Source: Selaginella moellendorffii
Taxonomy: Eukaryota; Plantae; Lycopodiophyta
Assembly (NCBI RefSeq): GCF_000143415.4
Contig: NW_003314268.1
Location: 449,117 to 513,116 of the forward strand
Length of the DNA: 64,000 nt
Direction: 5' to 3'
Part shown: positions 1 through 12,669 of the stretch, piece by piece
Position numbering within the stretch: the first letter of the stretch is position 1
Layout: each line of letters opens with the position of its first letter
The notes under the pieces: generated by a model
What the model saw: the letters and a program-made list of their open reading frames with translations, nothing else
Databases searched by the model: none
Told to the model about the DNA's origin: nothing
Position numbers and translations under genes: made by a program

Positions 1-5
1 TCCAG

Positions 6-770
6 GTGAACAATGCGGGGCTGCTGCTGGATCCTGTTCATCACAACCTCGAGGAAGCAAAACCCGTGCTGGAAGTCAATTACTATGGCACCAAACGCTT
101 CATAAAGGAGATGCTCCCACTCATGAGAGAATCCGACCATGGGCCTCGCATTGTCAACCTTAGCACGCTTGGATCACGCCTAGACGTATGCAAAACTCCT
201 CCCCAGAGTTCTCTTGTTCCATTTCCCTTTTTCCTTGTTCACGTCTATACGTTCCCAACACAATTGCCTCTCTGGTGATGCTAGATCCTCGGCAACGAAT
301 GGAAGGACAAGCTCTCCGACGTGGAAAACCTGAGCGAGGAGCTCATCGACGACTTTGTGAGCGCATATCTGCGTGATGTCGAGGAAGGCAAGCAATTCGG
401 CAAAGGGTGGCCGGAGATGTATGCAAGAACCGATTACTGCGTCGCCAAGATGGCCCTGAATGCGTACACGCGGCTTGTGGCCCGAGAGACGGCAGCCCAG
501 GGCAGAAAGTTCGGAATCAACTGCACCTCTCCGGGGCACACAAGTTGCGTTATGTCAGGCCACACGGGGCATTCTCCGTCCGAGGGTGCACTCACTGCAG
601 TGTGGCTGGCACTGGAGCCACCGCCGCCCAGCTCGGGTGGCTACTTTGTGGATCGCAAGAGCGTGGGATTTGTGGAGATTCCACTCCTCTACCACGGCAA
701 GCTCATCTATGATCCCGAGGGCATCAAGAAGCACCTCCTGGATAACGCAAATTACACGCACCACAAGTGA
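6..770 (+). CDS. Short-chain dehydrogenase/reductase (carbonyl/menthone reductase-like), last two exons; 5' part lies outside the window
   Basis: Exon 6-185 (VNNAG...VNYYG...IVNLS), intron 186-284 GT..AG, exon 285-770 with catalytic YCVAK (YxxxK) and the NCTSPG motif. Confidence 0.88.
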
Positions 771-2018
771 AAGTTCAGCAGAATTCATTGTCTATCTGGA
801 TGCAAGGTGTGTACAATATGCAAGAAATGTAAATTTGTGGGGTGGTCAATGTTTAGTGTGGTTAATGAAACGAGTTTAAAACATCCCTCGAGAAAGGAAT
901 GGTTGGTAGCGCGTTGCCTTGAATGACTTACGTACATATGGGACATATGTTGGTGGAAATTTTTTGTGTATGGTGGGTGTCACATTGTACATACGCTGTA
1001 TGTGGTCTTGGGCAAACGAGTACAAGCATTAGAGGATTGGTGATGTTAGTATCGAACTACAGATGGGACCAACAAAAGTTAAGAAAAGCAGCAAACTTCT
1101 TTTGCGCAAAAGAAATAAAGCTCTTACGCTCTTTCAAGAAAAAGATTATATGCTCAAGAAAAACGTGGGAGAAATGGAGGAGAAGCACCGCTGAGCATGG
1201 CTGTGCAAATCGACGCGAACGCATGGCTCATCCGGCGTCTATCTATCAACACTTTGCCTTGTTCCCACGGTGAAGAGAAAAAACAACAGAGAGCGCCTGG
1301 TTTCTAGATTCCCCTCGAAGATCTACTCTGACAACTGGTTTTCCAGATTGATCTACTCTGACACCAACGTATCGGACAGCTTTAACACCTGGTTTCCCAT
1401 CGAATCGATTGCTCAGGCGACGTCTTCATTGGATGGTTTTCATTGGATGGTAACATGTTGTGCGATATTTCGCGGGCGAGAGAGGACACACGGTGCGCGT
1501 TTGGAGGCGACGAACGAATGGAAGAGCTATTGCCGACAAAAAGAGTCTAGGTACTTGGTATAATTTAAATATATACTTAAAATTGATCATTGATTAGAAT
1601 GTAGAATCAAGGACCTTGACTATAACATTGATGTTCAAAGCTACACCCAAAGTATTTGAATGTTTATTTTGTGGGCCTTCTTCTTGTAAACATGCTTCTG
1701 AAAGCATCAGTGGGACGTGATTTAAATGAAGCCACAAATCTAATGCTAAAAAAATCAGTTTTTGATAAGACTATAGGCAAACAAGGCTCAAGTTCCACTA
1801 CACTCCTAAACCATCCCAATGCCAACCTGGCAATCTTCCTCTTGGAGATTACTAAACACTGTATCACTGCACAGATCTATATGCTCCAAAAGATAAATGC
1901 CTTTCATCACTTATCTAAATAGCCACTAGTTTTGGGTTTTAGTAAAAATAAAAGTGTTACAAAAAGAACAAAAATCTTTCTTCTTTCTTCCTCTTTTTTT
2001 TTTTTCCTTTTGAAATGG

Positions 2019-4526
2019 TCACCTCCGCCTCATTCCCCTTCCTCGGCCCCTGCCCATCATTCCTCCCATTCCTCGCCCTCGTCCGGCCATTGCATTAGCG
2101 GCTGCTTCACCCTGGGCACTCTCCGACTGCACACATTCAAGTTTAGCCTCTTTCAACTCTCGAGCGCTCGAATTTTTTACCTTTGGATTCCGGATTGTCT
2201 CATCGACGCTCAGAACCAGTGCTGCAGCTTCTGCCGCAGCGGTAATCGCATTGATCTGCGAATATGTAACAGTGGTGTTATCATTGGCTGAAAAACCAAA
2301 CAAAGAACAGTGCTTGTTATACCTTCACCACTGCAGGCTCCCACACGAAGTTAGCGTATGTGTCTGTTATACCACCGGTGTTAATGTCTACACCATACAA
2401 GGCACCTTCTCCTGTAAGCCGCACAAGAAATCGCCATGAGAAGAGAACCGAAGAGAAAAAAAAAAGGAGAACCGAGAACCTGACGGGAGAGCATGCTTCT
2501 GTCTGAGCTTGTTGAGAACATCTGTGGCATCAAATCCTGCGTTGTCGCACAGTTGCCGTGGGATCACCTGAAAAGCCCAGTGAGGATGTGGTACAACGTA
2601 AAAGTAAAACGCCTTACCTCTAGTGCCTTGGCAAACGCGTTTATGAAAAGCTGAGCTTTTCCAGGGATTGTCCGTGCATGCTGTCGCAAGTATCGACTTA
2701 TTTCCATCTAAAACAATAAGAACACCGATGACGAAATGAAGGGAAAAAAAAAGGCCTCCAAGACTTACATCTATAGCGCCCCCTCCGGCAACAACCGTGG
2801 AGTTTTTTAGAGCTCTACGAACGATCATAATGGCATCGTGAAGGCTACGCTCTGCTTCATCGATAAACTGATGCCGCAAGTAAAAGATAGAAGCTTTCGT
2901 GAAACAAGAAAAATCAAAGACGGAAACGAACGCACCTGATCCGCCCCGCCACGGAGAACAATTGTTGCAGTCTCACCGGTAGGACATCCCGTAAAAATAT
3001 TAAACCTCTCATTTCCAACTTGCTTCTCTTCAAATCTTTCGCACGATCCAAGAACCTACAGATTTACACCTTGTGAGTTAATCAGACCAAATATTACAGT
3101 CGCGCATACGTCAGGAATGAGATTGTTGACGGAAGTCTGCACAGCCCCTCCAGTCGCGCGGGCCACACGTTGTAAATCCTCTTCTACAACACGCCCAGCG
3201 CAAAAGATATCTCGATCTGCAAAGTACTGAAGCGAGCATGTGAGATAAATAAAAAGAAACACAAAGATAAAGAGATAGTACCTGAGTAGCCAGATCACCA
3301 ATAGCCAAACGGGACAAGACCACTTTGGCACCACTTTTGACGCATTTGTCCAGTTTGTCATAAATGATGTTCCATTCCGCATCCACAATGGACTGATACT
3401 GAGAGGGATCCGAGAGCCTACATTGTCGTTCAAACATGACGAGATTCAGTCAGTGGTAATTGAAATACCTGATTTCAGCGTTCTCCTTTTCCGATTTTAG
3501 CTCTAACTCAATGTTTAAAAGCAAAATACTCGGGTTGTCAAACTTCTTTGGTTGCTGCTCAAAACCAGCGTACGAGAATGTTTTCTTAAACGCAACTCCA
3601 TTAACCAAGAAAGAGTCGCGCATTGTTCCTCCGGGTACCTACAGTACAAAACACTTGAGTCACCTCAACATCATAAATGCAAGAGATTTCTTACTTTCTT
3701 CACGCCAATCATCTTCAATCCTCTGTCCTCTCCCATGTCCGTCACGGCCTCCACGACCATCTTCGCAAAAAACTCCTTCTCCCCACCCACGAGCTTCGAG
3801 CTTAGCGTAGTCGAGGCACATTTCTCGAGGAGCGACTTCTTCTCTTCGATGCTTTTCCCCTCTATGCTGACTGCTATTTCTTTGATCTTCTGGACAGCCT
3901 ATAGCACAAACAAAAAGACTTAACTCCAACTTGTTGCTACAAGGTTACCAAGTCAGCAGCGGTCCTGAAGCTCCGGATTATAAGCTGGGGATGGACATTC
4001 TCCTCGACAAAAGGCTTTGCTTCTCGCAAGAGCTCACCAGCCAGAACAACAACGGTAGTCGTGCCATCCCCCACCTGTGGAAAAAAAAAAACGTTTTTTG
4101 GAACTTTCATTTAGGAAATGGAAGTGTGAGAACCTCTGCGTCTTGCGACTTTGCAATGTCGACAAGAACTTTGGCGCCGGGATGAACTACGTCCAAGAGC
4201 TTCATGATCGTGGCTCCATCGTTGGAAATGGTAGTCCCCTTGTCGTCGTGGATGAGCTTGTCCATTCCTCGAGGACCCAAAGTGGTCCTCACCACATCCA
4301 CCACAGCGATACACGCATTGATATTGCTGATGAGCTGCGGCTTCCCTTGCGATGTGTCGGTGCCTTCTTTGAGGAGAATAATCGATGGTTGCTGCCAAGA
4401 ACACGATCAGATGAAACTTGATGGATCGATGGCGCCGCGCGCGCCGCGCGCTCGAGATCGAGCTCGAAAGAGAGAGAGAAGAAGAAGAAGAACCAGCGAG
4501 AGGGAGCTTACCAGCATCGCCGCCAT
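2019..4526 (-). CDS. CCT7: T-complex protein 1 subunit eta (cytosolic chaperonin CCT7), multi-exon
   Basis: MAAML|[72 protein letters not shown]-terminal [11 protein letters not shown]. Confidence 0.95.
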
Positions 4527-4614
4527 CGCTCTCGCCTTCTTTCCAGCAAGAACCCTGCCCTAAACGGCTATCGAGGTTTTAGGGCTTTTTGGGCTCTAGG
4601 GCGAAAGGGAAGCG
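4527..4614. promoter_or_regulatory. 88-bp bidirectional promoter/5'UTR shared by CCT7 and ARP4, with telo-box-like motifs
   Basis: Divergent ATGs at 4526 and 4615; AACCCT, CCCTAAA and TTTAGGG motifs between them. Confidence 0.6.
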
Positions 4615-6946
4615 ATGTATGGCGGAGGTGAGCTCGCTCTGTGCGCGGCAATGCTGGATCGTGACCATTCTCGTGTGATTAGACGAGGTATCCGCCATTG
4701 TCGTGGATCTGGGATCGCATTCTTGCAAGGCGGGATACGCTGGAGAGGACGCTCCCAAAGCTGTTTTTCCATCGGTAAGAAGAGATTTTTTGCTAGAATC
4801 TTATCATATTTCTTCTTCGTGCGAATTTCTTCCAGGCTGTAGGATCTGTGGGAGAAAAACCGAGCAGTACGTACTATGTGGGAAATCAAGCAATACAGTT
4901 TAGACGCGATTTCATGGAGGTATTTTTCTGTCATTCTTCCTGTTTTTAATTGAAGCTTTGCTCTGTGACAGGTTTCTCCGGCATTGAAAGATGGTCTCGT
5001 CGCAGATTGGGACATAGTTGAGAGCATCTGGGATCACGCTTTCAAGTCTTTACTTCATCTTTTCTCAGGAATGGCTGAAGTAACGTTTTTTTCCTTTTCC
5101 TTTTTCCAGGGAACGGCTGCTGATAGATCCCAAAGAGCATCCAATGCTACTTGCCGAGGCATCTTTTAATCCTCAACAGCATAGAGAAAAGTAAGCTGTT
5201 TCTCAACTTAAACTTTCATGTCATACTCTTCGTGATGCAGGACTGTGGAGCTGATGTTTGAAAAATATGGTGTGCCTGCGGTCTTCCTTGCGAAGAATGC
5301 TGTAAGTGTGGTTTCTATTCCTTTTAGTCTTCTTCATTTATCATTCCAATCTCGTGTGATTGTCTTTCTCTCTCTTTTTTCTCAGGTTCTCACTTCGTTC
5401 GCATCTGGACGAGCGACGTCGCTTGTTGCTGACTGGTAATTTATTTTCTTGCTGGAAAAGCTATTCATGGTGTTGAACGATTGCAGCGGTGGCGGTTCTA
5501 CTACTGTTGCTGCTGTACATGATGGCTATGTTCTGCACAAGGTTGAGTTTGCCGATCTTTAACTTGTTTGTATTAATTCATGCCGATGGATTCTAGGCTG
5601 TTCTCCGGTCCCCAATTGGCGGGGAAGTCCTCACAGATTGCCTCTTGAAGATTTTGGAATCGAAGAATGTCAATGTAAGTCTTGGCTTCGGTTCTGTATT
5701 CATTTGGTAGTTACTGGCTAGTTTTTTTGCAGATCAGGCCAAGGTATTCGTTCAAAAAAAAAGAACCTGTGAACGGGGAGTTCGAAGTAAGTGTTTTTCT
5801 TAAACGCGCAACGCAAATGACAGTACGTTTTGTATGCTTTTTCTTTCAGATTGTGAATCTCGACTTTCCCAACACTACCGACAGCTATCGTAGGTACATG
5901 CAGGTACTCGCTGTCGTTGGAAGTTAGAAGATGCTGACCTTTGCTCTATCAGAGAGTGATTGCCGCGGATATCAAAGAAACCGTTTGCCGGGTCCCGGAT
6001 GGCATCTTCGATGGTAAACTGGATTTTTGTTTTCACCTTCTTCCCATATGAGCGTTATTCTTTGTGTCTGCAGAACACTCGTATGCCAACATTCCTACAA
6101 CTCCGTATGAGCTTCCCGATGGCCAGTATGTTAGTCTTCTTATCTCGATACTCTGATGGAACTTTGAACTCACTGCAGTACGATTGAAGTTGGCGCTGAA
6201 CGATTCAAGGTTCCGGACCTTATGTTCAATCCTGCCTTGATACAGGTAAACTTTGCTGTCCGTTTTCCAGGCTTTTCAACTCTTGTTTTTCGGAGCAGAC
6301 AATACCTGGGATGGAGAAATATGGTGTCGATACGGGGCTCACCTTACGCGGACTACCACAGATGGTAAAAGAATTTATTCTATTTTCCCTTCGAGCTATG
6401 GTTCCTTTTTCTCGCCAGGTTAGCGACTGCATAGGAAAATGCGATGTTGATATCCGGAGAGAGCTCTTCAGCACTATTTTGGTAGGAGAAATTGAGTTTT
6501 CGCAAATCTTAATTCTTATGAACTTTGCTCTGTGCAGCTCGCCGGCGGAACCGCATCAATGCAGCAATTGAAAGAGCGTTTAGAAAAGGACTTGGTTGAG
6601 GTTTGCTTGACTCAAATTCTCTCTGGGAGTTGCACACACAAATTTATTCCAGGAAGCACCACAAGCAGCTCGCGTCAAGGTTCTTGCAAGTGGGAACACA
6701 ATCGAGAGACGCTTCAGGTAACAGAAACATTTTGAACACTTCTCCTCACCCATAAATGTGCGGTTTCCTTTCAGCGTATGGATTGGTGGAAGTATTCTCG
6801 CTTCTTTGGGATCGTTCCAACAGATGTGGTTCTCTAAAGCAGAGTAAGATTTCATTCTTTCCCTCGTTCGGGTCTCTGAGCTTTTCTCAAACAAGCGCAG
6901 GTACGAAGAACACGGGCCATCGTATGTCCAAAGAAAATGTCCTTAG
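4615..6946 (+). CDS. ARP4: Actin-related protein 4, many short exons
   Basis: MYGG|[94 protein letters not shown]. Confidence 0.95.
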
Positions 6947-7018
6947 AAATCAGAAAAGTATGACTAATTTGTAATTATAAAGTTGAGAAACTGAAACTGA
7001 TATAGAATTTTCGAAGTG

Positions 7019-8989
7019 TTACACAACTATAGTACCGGAGAGCAACAGATATGGTGCACTTTGGTTGGGTATCAAGTTCTGGAGCTCTCGAGATGCAAGC
7101 CTAGCAAAATCTTGATCCTTGTTGATCTTACTTGATGCCAGGAGTGAGATCCATGCAATCGAGTCTGGCAAAAAGGGCATATGCTTGATCAAATCCTCGC
7201 AAAGTTCCATTTGTCCCGCTCGACCCAACACGTCCACCATGCAGCTAAAGTGCTGCTTGCTGGGAGCAATGCTGTAATCACCCTGCATTTCTACAAAACA
7301 CTCGCGCCCAAGACCAAGAAGCCCAACGTGGTTGCATCCGCTCAAGATGCCCAGAAAGGTCATGTCGGTGGGCATTAGGCCTTGCAAACAAAGGTGGCAG
7401 AGAATCCGTATCGCATCACCAAAGTTCCCCGAGTGAGCATGCATGGAAATCATAATGTCCGCCGTAGTTGGGCTATGAAACGGCATAACCATGAAAGAGA
7501 ACTTTGCTTTCTCCAGATGCCCAGACTGGGCATACGTGCCAAGCATGCAGTTCCACGCCAGTGATGCCCTCTCACGCATCAGATCGAAGATTTCCTTCGC
7601 TTCTACTACTTTTCCATTGCACCCAAACATTGCGATCATGCTTGTCCACGACACGGCATTGTGTCCAGGCATCAAAGTGTATGCTTTGATCCCTTCTTTG
7701 AAGCTTTGGTTCTGTCCATAGCCGGAGAGAATCGCATTCCAAGACACAACATCTCTTTCGGGCATTGTATCAAACAACTGCGCTGCCGATTCTAGGAGAT
7801 GGTTTTGGAAATACGCAGTTAAAATTGCGTTTAGTGTCACAAGGCTCCATGCAGGCATCCGATCGAACGTCACCTTTGCATCGCAAACAATGTAGTTCAG
7901 GACGTATGAATTGCACATTGCAGTCCAGGATATCACGTCGCGTTGGGTCATATGATCAAAGATTTCCTTGGAATCCCTGAGATGCCCGTTTTGGGCATAC
8001 GCCAAGATCATAGTTGTCTTGCACACATTGTCCTGATGACCCTGCATTGTTTCAAAAGTCTTTTTCACTTCTTCTAGCTCATTGTTGTCGGCATATACCT
8101 GCAGCATAATGGTCCAAGCCACACTGCTCCTTTCCGGCATCTTTGCAAAGATAAGCTTGCTTTTGTCATGGTATCCTCCACGGGCATATGCTTCGAAAAG
8201 CGTGTTCCAGGAGATGGCATCTCGCTCAGGCATGTCATCAAAAAGTACTTTGACTGTGTCGATATGAGAAGATCTCTGAGCATATGAGGATATCAAAGTA
8301 TTCCAGAGGATCGAGTTGTGCTCGGGCATAGCCTGAAAGATTTCTAAAGTCTCGTCATGAAACCTTCCCTGGGCATATGCATGAAACATCACACTCCATG
8401 AAAGGAGTGTCCTCTGAGGCATCAAGAAAAACAGGAACCTCACTGACATGACGGATCCCTCTAACGCAAATCCTTTCAACAAGGCGTTCCATGATATTAC
8501 ATCTCTCTCTTTCATAGATAGAAAAAGTTCTTTAGCTTGAAACAAATACCCTTCTTCGGCAAATGCTGTGATCATAGTGTTCCAAGTCGAGACATTCCAA
8601 GAAGGCATTTTCGCGAAGACCTTGCTAGCATTTGGCAATTTCGAGTTGATATTGTAAGCAGAAATCATTGAGTTCCAGGAGATAACATCTTTGTTCTTCG
8701 TCAAGTGAAACATCTCCTCTGCCGTAGCAATATACCCGTTCTGGGCATACGCATTCGTCATAGTGTTCCACGCTTGTAAGTTCGGATCATGGATGGAATC
8801 AAACACCGTACGTGCCTCGTCGACGCGGCCGCACCTCCCGTACAGAAGAACGAGCTGGCTCGCCAGGCCCTTGTGGTCTCTGTACTCGCTTTGCGAGATC
8901 CACTCGTGAATACTTTTGCCGGTCGATAAGTCTCTCAAATCGCAACACCGTTTTAGACACGCTCGGAGCTCGCTCAACAGTGCCACCAT
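7019..8989 (-). CDS. PLS-class pentatricopeptide repeat protein rich in 31-aa S/SS motifs, with a truncated E domain and no DYW
   Basis: Intronless 656-aa ORF; repeated MPERDVVSWNA-type motifs; ends HFSCMVDVLGRAG...MPFLPD...SAPYLLLS. Confidence 0.93.
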   Translation of the reverse strand: MVALLSELRACLKRCCDLRDLSTGKSIHEWISQSEYRDHKGLASQLVLLYGRCGRVDEARTVFDSIHDPNLQAWNTMTNAYAQNGYIATAEEMFHLTKNKDVISWNSMISAYNINSKLPNASKVFAKMPSWNVSTWNTMITAFAEEGYLFQAKELFLSMKERDVISWNALLKGFALEGSVMSVRFLFFLMPQRTLLSWSVMFHAYAQGRFHDETLEIFQAMPEHNSILWNTLISSYAQRSSHIDTVKVLFDDMPERDAISWNTLFEAYARGGYHDKSKLIFAKMPERSSVAWTIMLQVYADNNELEEVKKTFETMQGHQDNVCKTTMILAYAQNGHLRDSKEIFDHMTQRDVISWTAMCNSYVLNYIVCDAKVTFDRMPAWSLVTLNAILTAYFQNHLLESAAQLFDTMPERDVVSWNAILSGYGQNQSFKEGIKAYTLMPGHNAVSWTSMIAMFGCNGKVVEAKEIFDLMRERASLAWNCMLGTYAQSGHLEKAKFSFMVMPFHSPTTADIMISMHAHSGNFGDAIRILCHLCLQGLMPTDMTFLGILSGCNHVGLLGLGRECFVEMQGDYSIAPSKQHFSCMVDVLGRAGQMELCEDLIKHMPFLPDSIAWISLLASSKINKDQDFARLASRELQNLIPNQSAPYLLLSGTIVV

Positions 8990-9553
8990 TGGAGAGACTC
9001 ATCGTATAGACTCCTCAAAGAAGAACACCAATCTATAAGAGATCCAAGTTCTCAAAATACTTCGTGGAGGATCACCCAAGATTGCCAGAATTTTTGAGCT
9101 ATTTGAGCTATAGCATCTATCACGATATACTATAGCTAAACTGTCACTGGCAATCTAGCTACCAAACAGAGGGTGGAGTGTCTTTATCCTCCTTGGCGCG
9201 ATTCGAACCCCAGACCTCTTTAGCAGTGTCGGTTGAGGCCGTCCACGTGTTACATCCATCGGTGGTTTGCGTCAATCGCGAGATTATCGAAGCCCGAGGA
9301 GGAGCGCACGAAGACGCTCCGCGCCCTAGCTGCGATCCTTGATCTGGCGCTTCAATCCACACTGGTAAGCAAGCTCTAGATCCGCCGCGGCTTTGCTTGG
9401 CATCTCGCGGTGCCCGGTGTTTTCCCACGCATTCTCTTCTCTTTTCTTGAGATTTCGTGGAATGCGGGCAGTATTTCGAGCTCTAGCGCCCAGATCTCCG
9501 CCATTTCCTTTCCTTGTGTGAATTCTCACAGCGCTTGATCAGGTAGCGAGATC

Positions 9554-10424
9554 ATGGGCTCCGCTTATGGCGCCTCGTATTTTGTGATCTTGGCGACGCT
9601 GGTGTTTGACATCATTGCTTTTGGGCTGGCGATTGGAGCGGAGTCGCGGAGAAATCACGTAAGTTCTTTCTCTTCCAGATTTTATTTGGCTTTTAACGTT
9701 CCTTTCTTTGTGTGTGGTACCACGACCAGGTCACGATTGAGACGGACGTGAGTGATTCCTATACTACTTGCCGGTACAGCAAGGACATTGCCACTGGTCT
9801 CGGCATTGGAGCGTTCCTGTTCTTGCTCTTGGGTCAGCTTATCATCACTGGTGTCACTCGCTGCCTGTGTTGCTCCTCGCCACTTCGTCCTGGGGGATCC
9901 AGAGTTGCCGCGGTCGTGTTCTTCATCCTTTCCTGGTAAGCCCATCTCTCTTGATTCATCTCAGTTCTTCGACCATCAATCCCGTTCCACCAATCCAAAA
10001 CCATCGAACCATTTTCTTCCCATGTATCTCCACAGTCCAACTTCTTCACTTTCTGTATGGTTTGATGTTTCCTTCGTATCATTTATCACTCCATAGACTT
10101 GGCAGCTGGGAAAGTTCTGATTTTTCTTTTCCCCGTGATCTTTCCAGGTTCACTTTCGTGGTCGCCGAGCTCTGCCTCTTGGCCGGATCGACACGAGCAG
10201 CGTACCGCACGCGCTCTCGCGGCTACCAGGGCGCGTTCGATCTAGACTGCAAGACGCTGAGGAAGGGAGTCTTCTCCGCCGGCGCCGCTTTCACCTTCTT
10301 CACGCTGCTCCTGAGCGAAGGCTACTACTTGTGCTTCGTCAAATCCCAGGAAAACGCATGGCAGACTTACAACACTGGCGGCGGCCCGGGCGTGGGCATG
10401 ACGCCATATCCAAGACCATACTAA
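9554..10424 (+). CDS. DUF1218 family membrane protein (MWL/Fb34-like), 3 exons (about 9554-9658, 9731-9935, 10149-10424)
   Basis: DIIAFGLAIGAESRR, CRYSKDIATGLG, TRCLCC, SW|FTFVVAELCLLAG, CKTLRKGVFSAGAAF. Confidence 0.9.
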
Positions 10425-10621
10425 AAGAAGAAGAAGATGGATGATTTTCCATTCCAGTGGAAAGACGAGGGGCATTTTGCTAGCTCGTATAGAGATATAG
10501 TCCTTTAATCAATCATTGGTTTGCACCTTAATATCAGTATCAATACTGTTATTTCTAGAAACCATATCAAATGTTTTCGGCCTTTGGATTTTTCTCAAAT
10601 TTTTCTGAAGAGCTTCTCGCC

Positions 10622-11176
10622 TCAAGGAACCAAGATGCCTTTGACGAGGTATACACTTGCGAGCAAGAACGAGACGAGAATCCTGTAAGTTCCAGTGGTG
10701 GAGTAGAGAAGGCAGAGTAGCTTGTCGATCACTTCCTGGAGGCATGATGAGAAACCGGGTGGCAGCGTTGGAGTGCTCCCAAAGTTTGCGAACAGCAAAT
10801 CATCGAGGAGGGCTATGATGCCGCGCAGGACGTCGATGAGACTTGGAGGACTGCCCGTGGTGCCCAAGCCAGCGTAGTCGATGAGTGGAGACAAGAAGCC
10901 TGAAGCTTGCGGGTATGTCTTGTTGCAATACTGGAGCTTTTGCTGGATCGTGATGAAGTCTTTGGTGATGTTACCAGCTGCAAGCACAGCAAGAGAAAGA
11001 TCGATTAGAACCACAGTTTCCTTGAGATCAAATTACGATCAAGCTACTAACAAGTATAGATAACAAGTATAGATATTAAGATCAAGCTACTAACAAGTAT
11101 AACTGTCTGCCGTGCAGCTTGAAACCAGAGAGATCATGACCAACATTGCTAACACGGATGGTAGATTGGAGGCCAT
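10622..11176 (-). CDS. Orphan secreted/membrane-anchored small protein, copy 1 (145 aa; exons 11176-11095 and 10977-10622)
   Basis: Signal peptide MASNLPSVLAMLVMISLVSSCTA|D, phase-1 intron T|gttagt...ttctaat...gcttgcag|CT, hydrophobic C-terminus; paralog at 12670-13182. Confidence 0.7.
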
Positions 11177-11396
11177 TTTTTTTGATGAATAATCACTAAG
11201 CACTGTAAAATCTCACTAAGCACTACAACTGCAAAGACAATCAGTGCGGTTTTATTAGGAGGAAGTGTACAAAAAGTCCAGGGAGGTACCGCTTACCGAC
11301 CTTACCAAAACCAGATGCAAATCAAATAATTCACTCCTTGATCTCAACGCGTTCCGAATAGCTTTACCAAAACCCGCTAGGATTTTTGAGTTGGTC

Positions 11397-11477
11397 GTCA
11401 CGGTGGAGAGTCCCAGCGCCAAATTCTGCCGTCTTCACAGCAGTACCGGAAAAGAAAAAGCAGAGAAACCATCAAGC
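11397..11477 (-). pseudogene. Duplicated fragment of the last FIE exon
   Basis: Near-identical to 13463-13550 (CEDG.IWRWDS.P*), then joined to sequence from 17323 onward. Confidence 0.75.
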
Positions 11478-12490
11478 AATCCATACAGGAGAAACAAGCT
11501 TAAAACGAGGCCATCGATCACTTAAGCGCGAAGCTCGCGACCAATTTGGAAGCACTGGATCTGGAAAAACATTTAAGAGAAGTGGAGCTAGTTTGAGAAG
11601 CCGAGAGAATAACGTCCAGTCTTTCATCACCAGCATCATATAGAGAGAAAAGTTCACTGTGGCGAGAACCGTCAATAGCCCGACCATTTGGGCGAGTCTT
11701 CGCCGAAATCTATTCCTGCTGCTCGGAGAAAGATTGCTGCTTGCGGTAACTTCGTGGAGGCTTTCGATATTTCTGTTGCTCGCTGGAAGGCGTTTCCTCT
11801 GTAGAAAACTTCTGGTTAGATTGACTGATTGATGAATAATAAGTAGCAGCAGTGATTGGCACGGATGAAACGAGTCAGAAGCTCCTCAACTTGACGAAAC
11901 CTGTACGCTTGTGTATTTCATTTGATTTGGTTTGCGAAGCAACTCGTGTTCTTCTCAGGTTATGGTGTTCTCGGGTCATGACCAAGACAAGCTGATTTGT
12001 GGCCTTCACAGTACGCTTTCTGTGCCTCGAAGCTCATCGGCAATGACAGACACAATCGTCTCGGAGAGGCAAGATTTTAACTATGCATGGTATGAAAGCA
12101 TTTCTTTTCTTGTTTTTCTCTCTCTTCGTTACATGGTAACTTTGTTGCTTCGCAGGTATGGTGTCCTGTTCGTGATATCTGTACTCGCTCTGTTCTTCTG
12201 GCCCAGCCAGGGAATAGATTTGTGGCAGCCTAGTCTAGGGTGGCCAAGGACGAAGACGCAGAGTGGAAGATGCTCTGGGACGCTGAAGGGTAAAGGAAAA
12301 GACTCTTACGTTACCCTTCTGGGTGACCAACTCGTCCTTCTCAATCTCTAGCCTATCAAAAGTGAGTGAGAAACAGTTAGAACACCTAAGAAATTGCTGA
12401 GAAAAGCGCACCTGATTAATAGCTTCGGACGCTCTATCGAATCCACATCGTGTGTTGTCTGGTCTAAACAATGGTATATGTCCATTGGCA
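11472..12490. pseudogene. Rearranged partial copy of the metallophosphoesterase 3' half with an internal inversion
   Basis: 11472-11815 is a direct copy of about 17323-17700; 11860-12295 is an inverted, internally deleted copy of about 17810-18410; 12304-12485 is a direct copy of about 18475-18640; the stop codon is lost. Confidence 0.8.
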
Positions 12491-12669
12491 TGAAGACCAT
12501 ACTAAAAACATGGATGATTTTTCAGAGGAAAAGAAGGAGGGGCATTTTACTGGCTTGTATAGAGATATAATTCAATCATTGGTTTGCATCTTAGTATTAT
12601 TACTATTATTCATATCAATGTAGAGATGGCTTATGCTCGTTTCTCAAACTATCTGAAGATCTTCTCGCC

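Noticed and set aside
923-1922. Short ORFs and repeated ATTGGATGG / ATCTACTCTGACA motifs between SDR and CCT7
   Set aside because: No consistent gene or ncRNA structure could be supported
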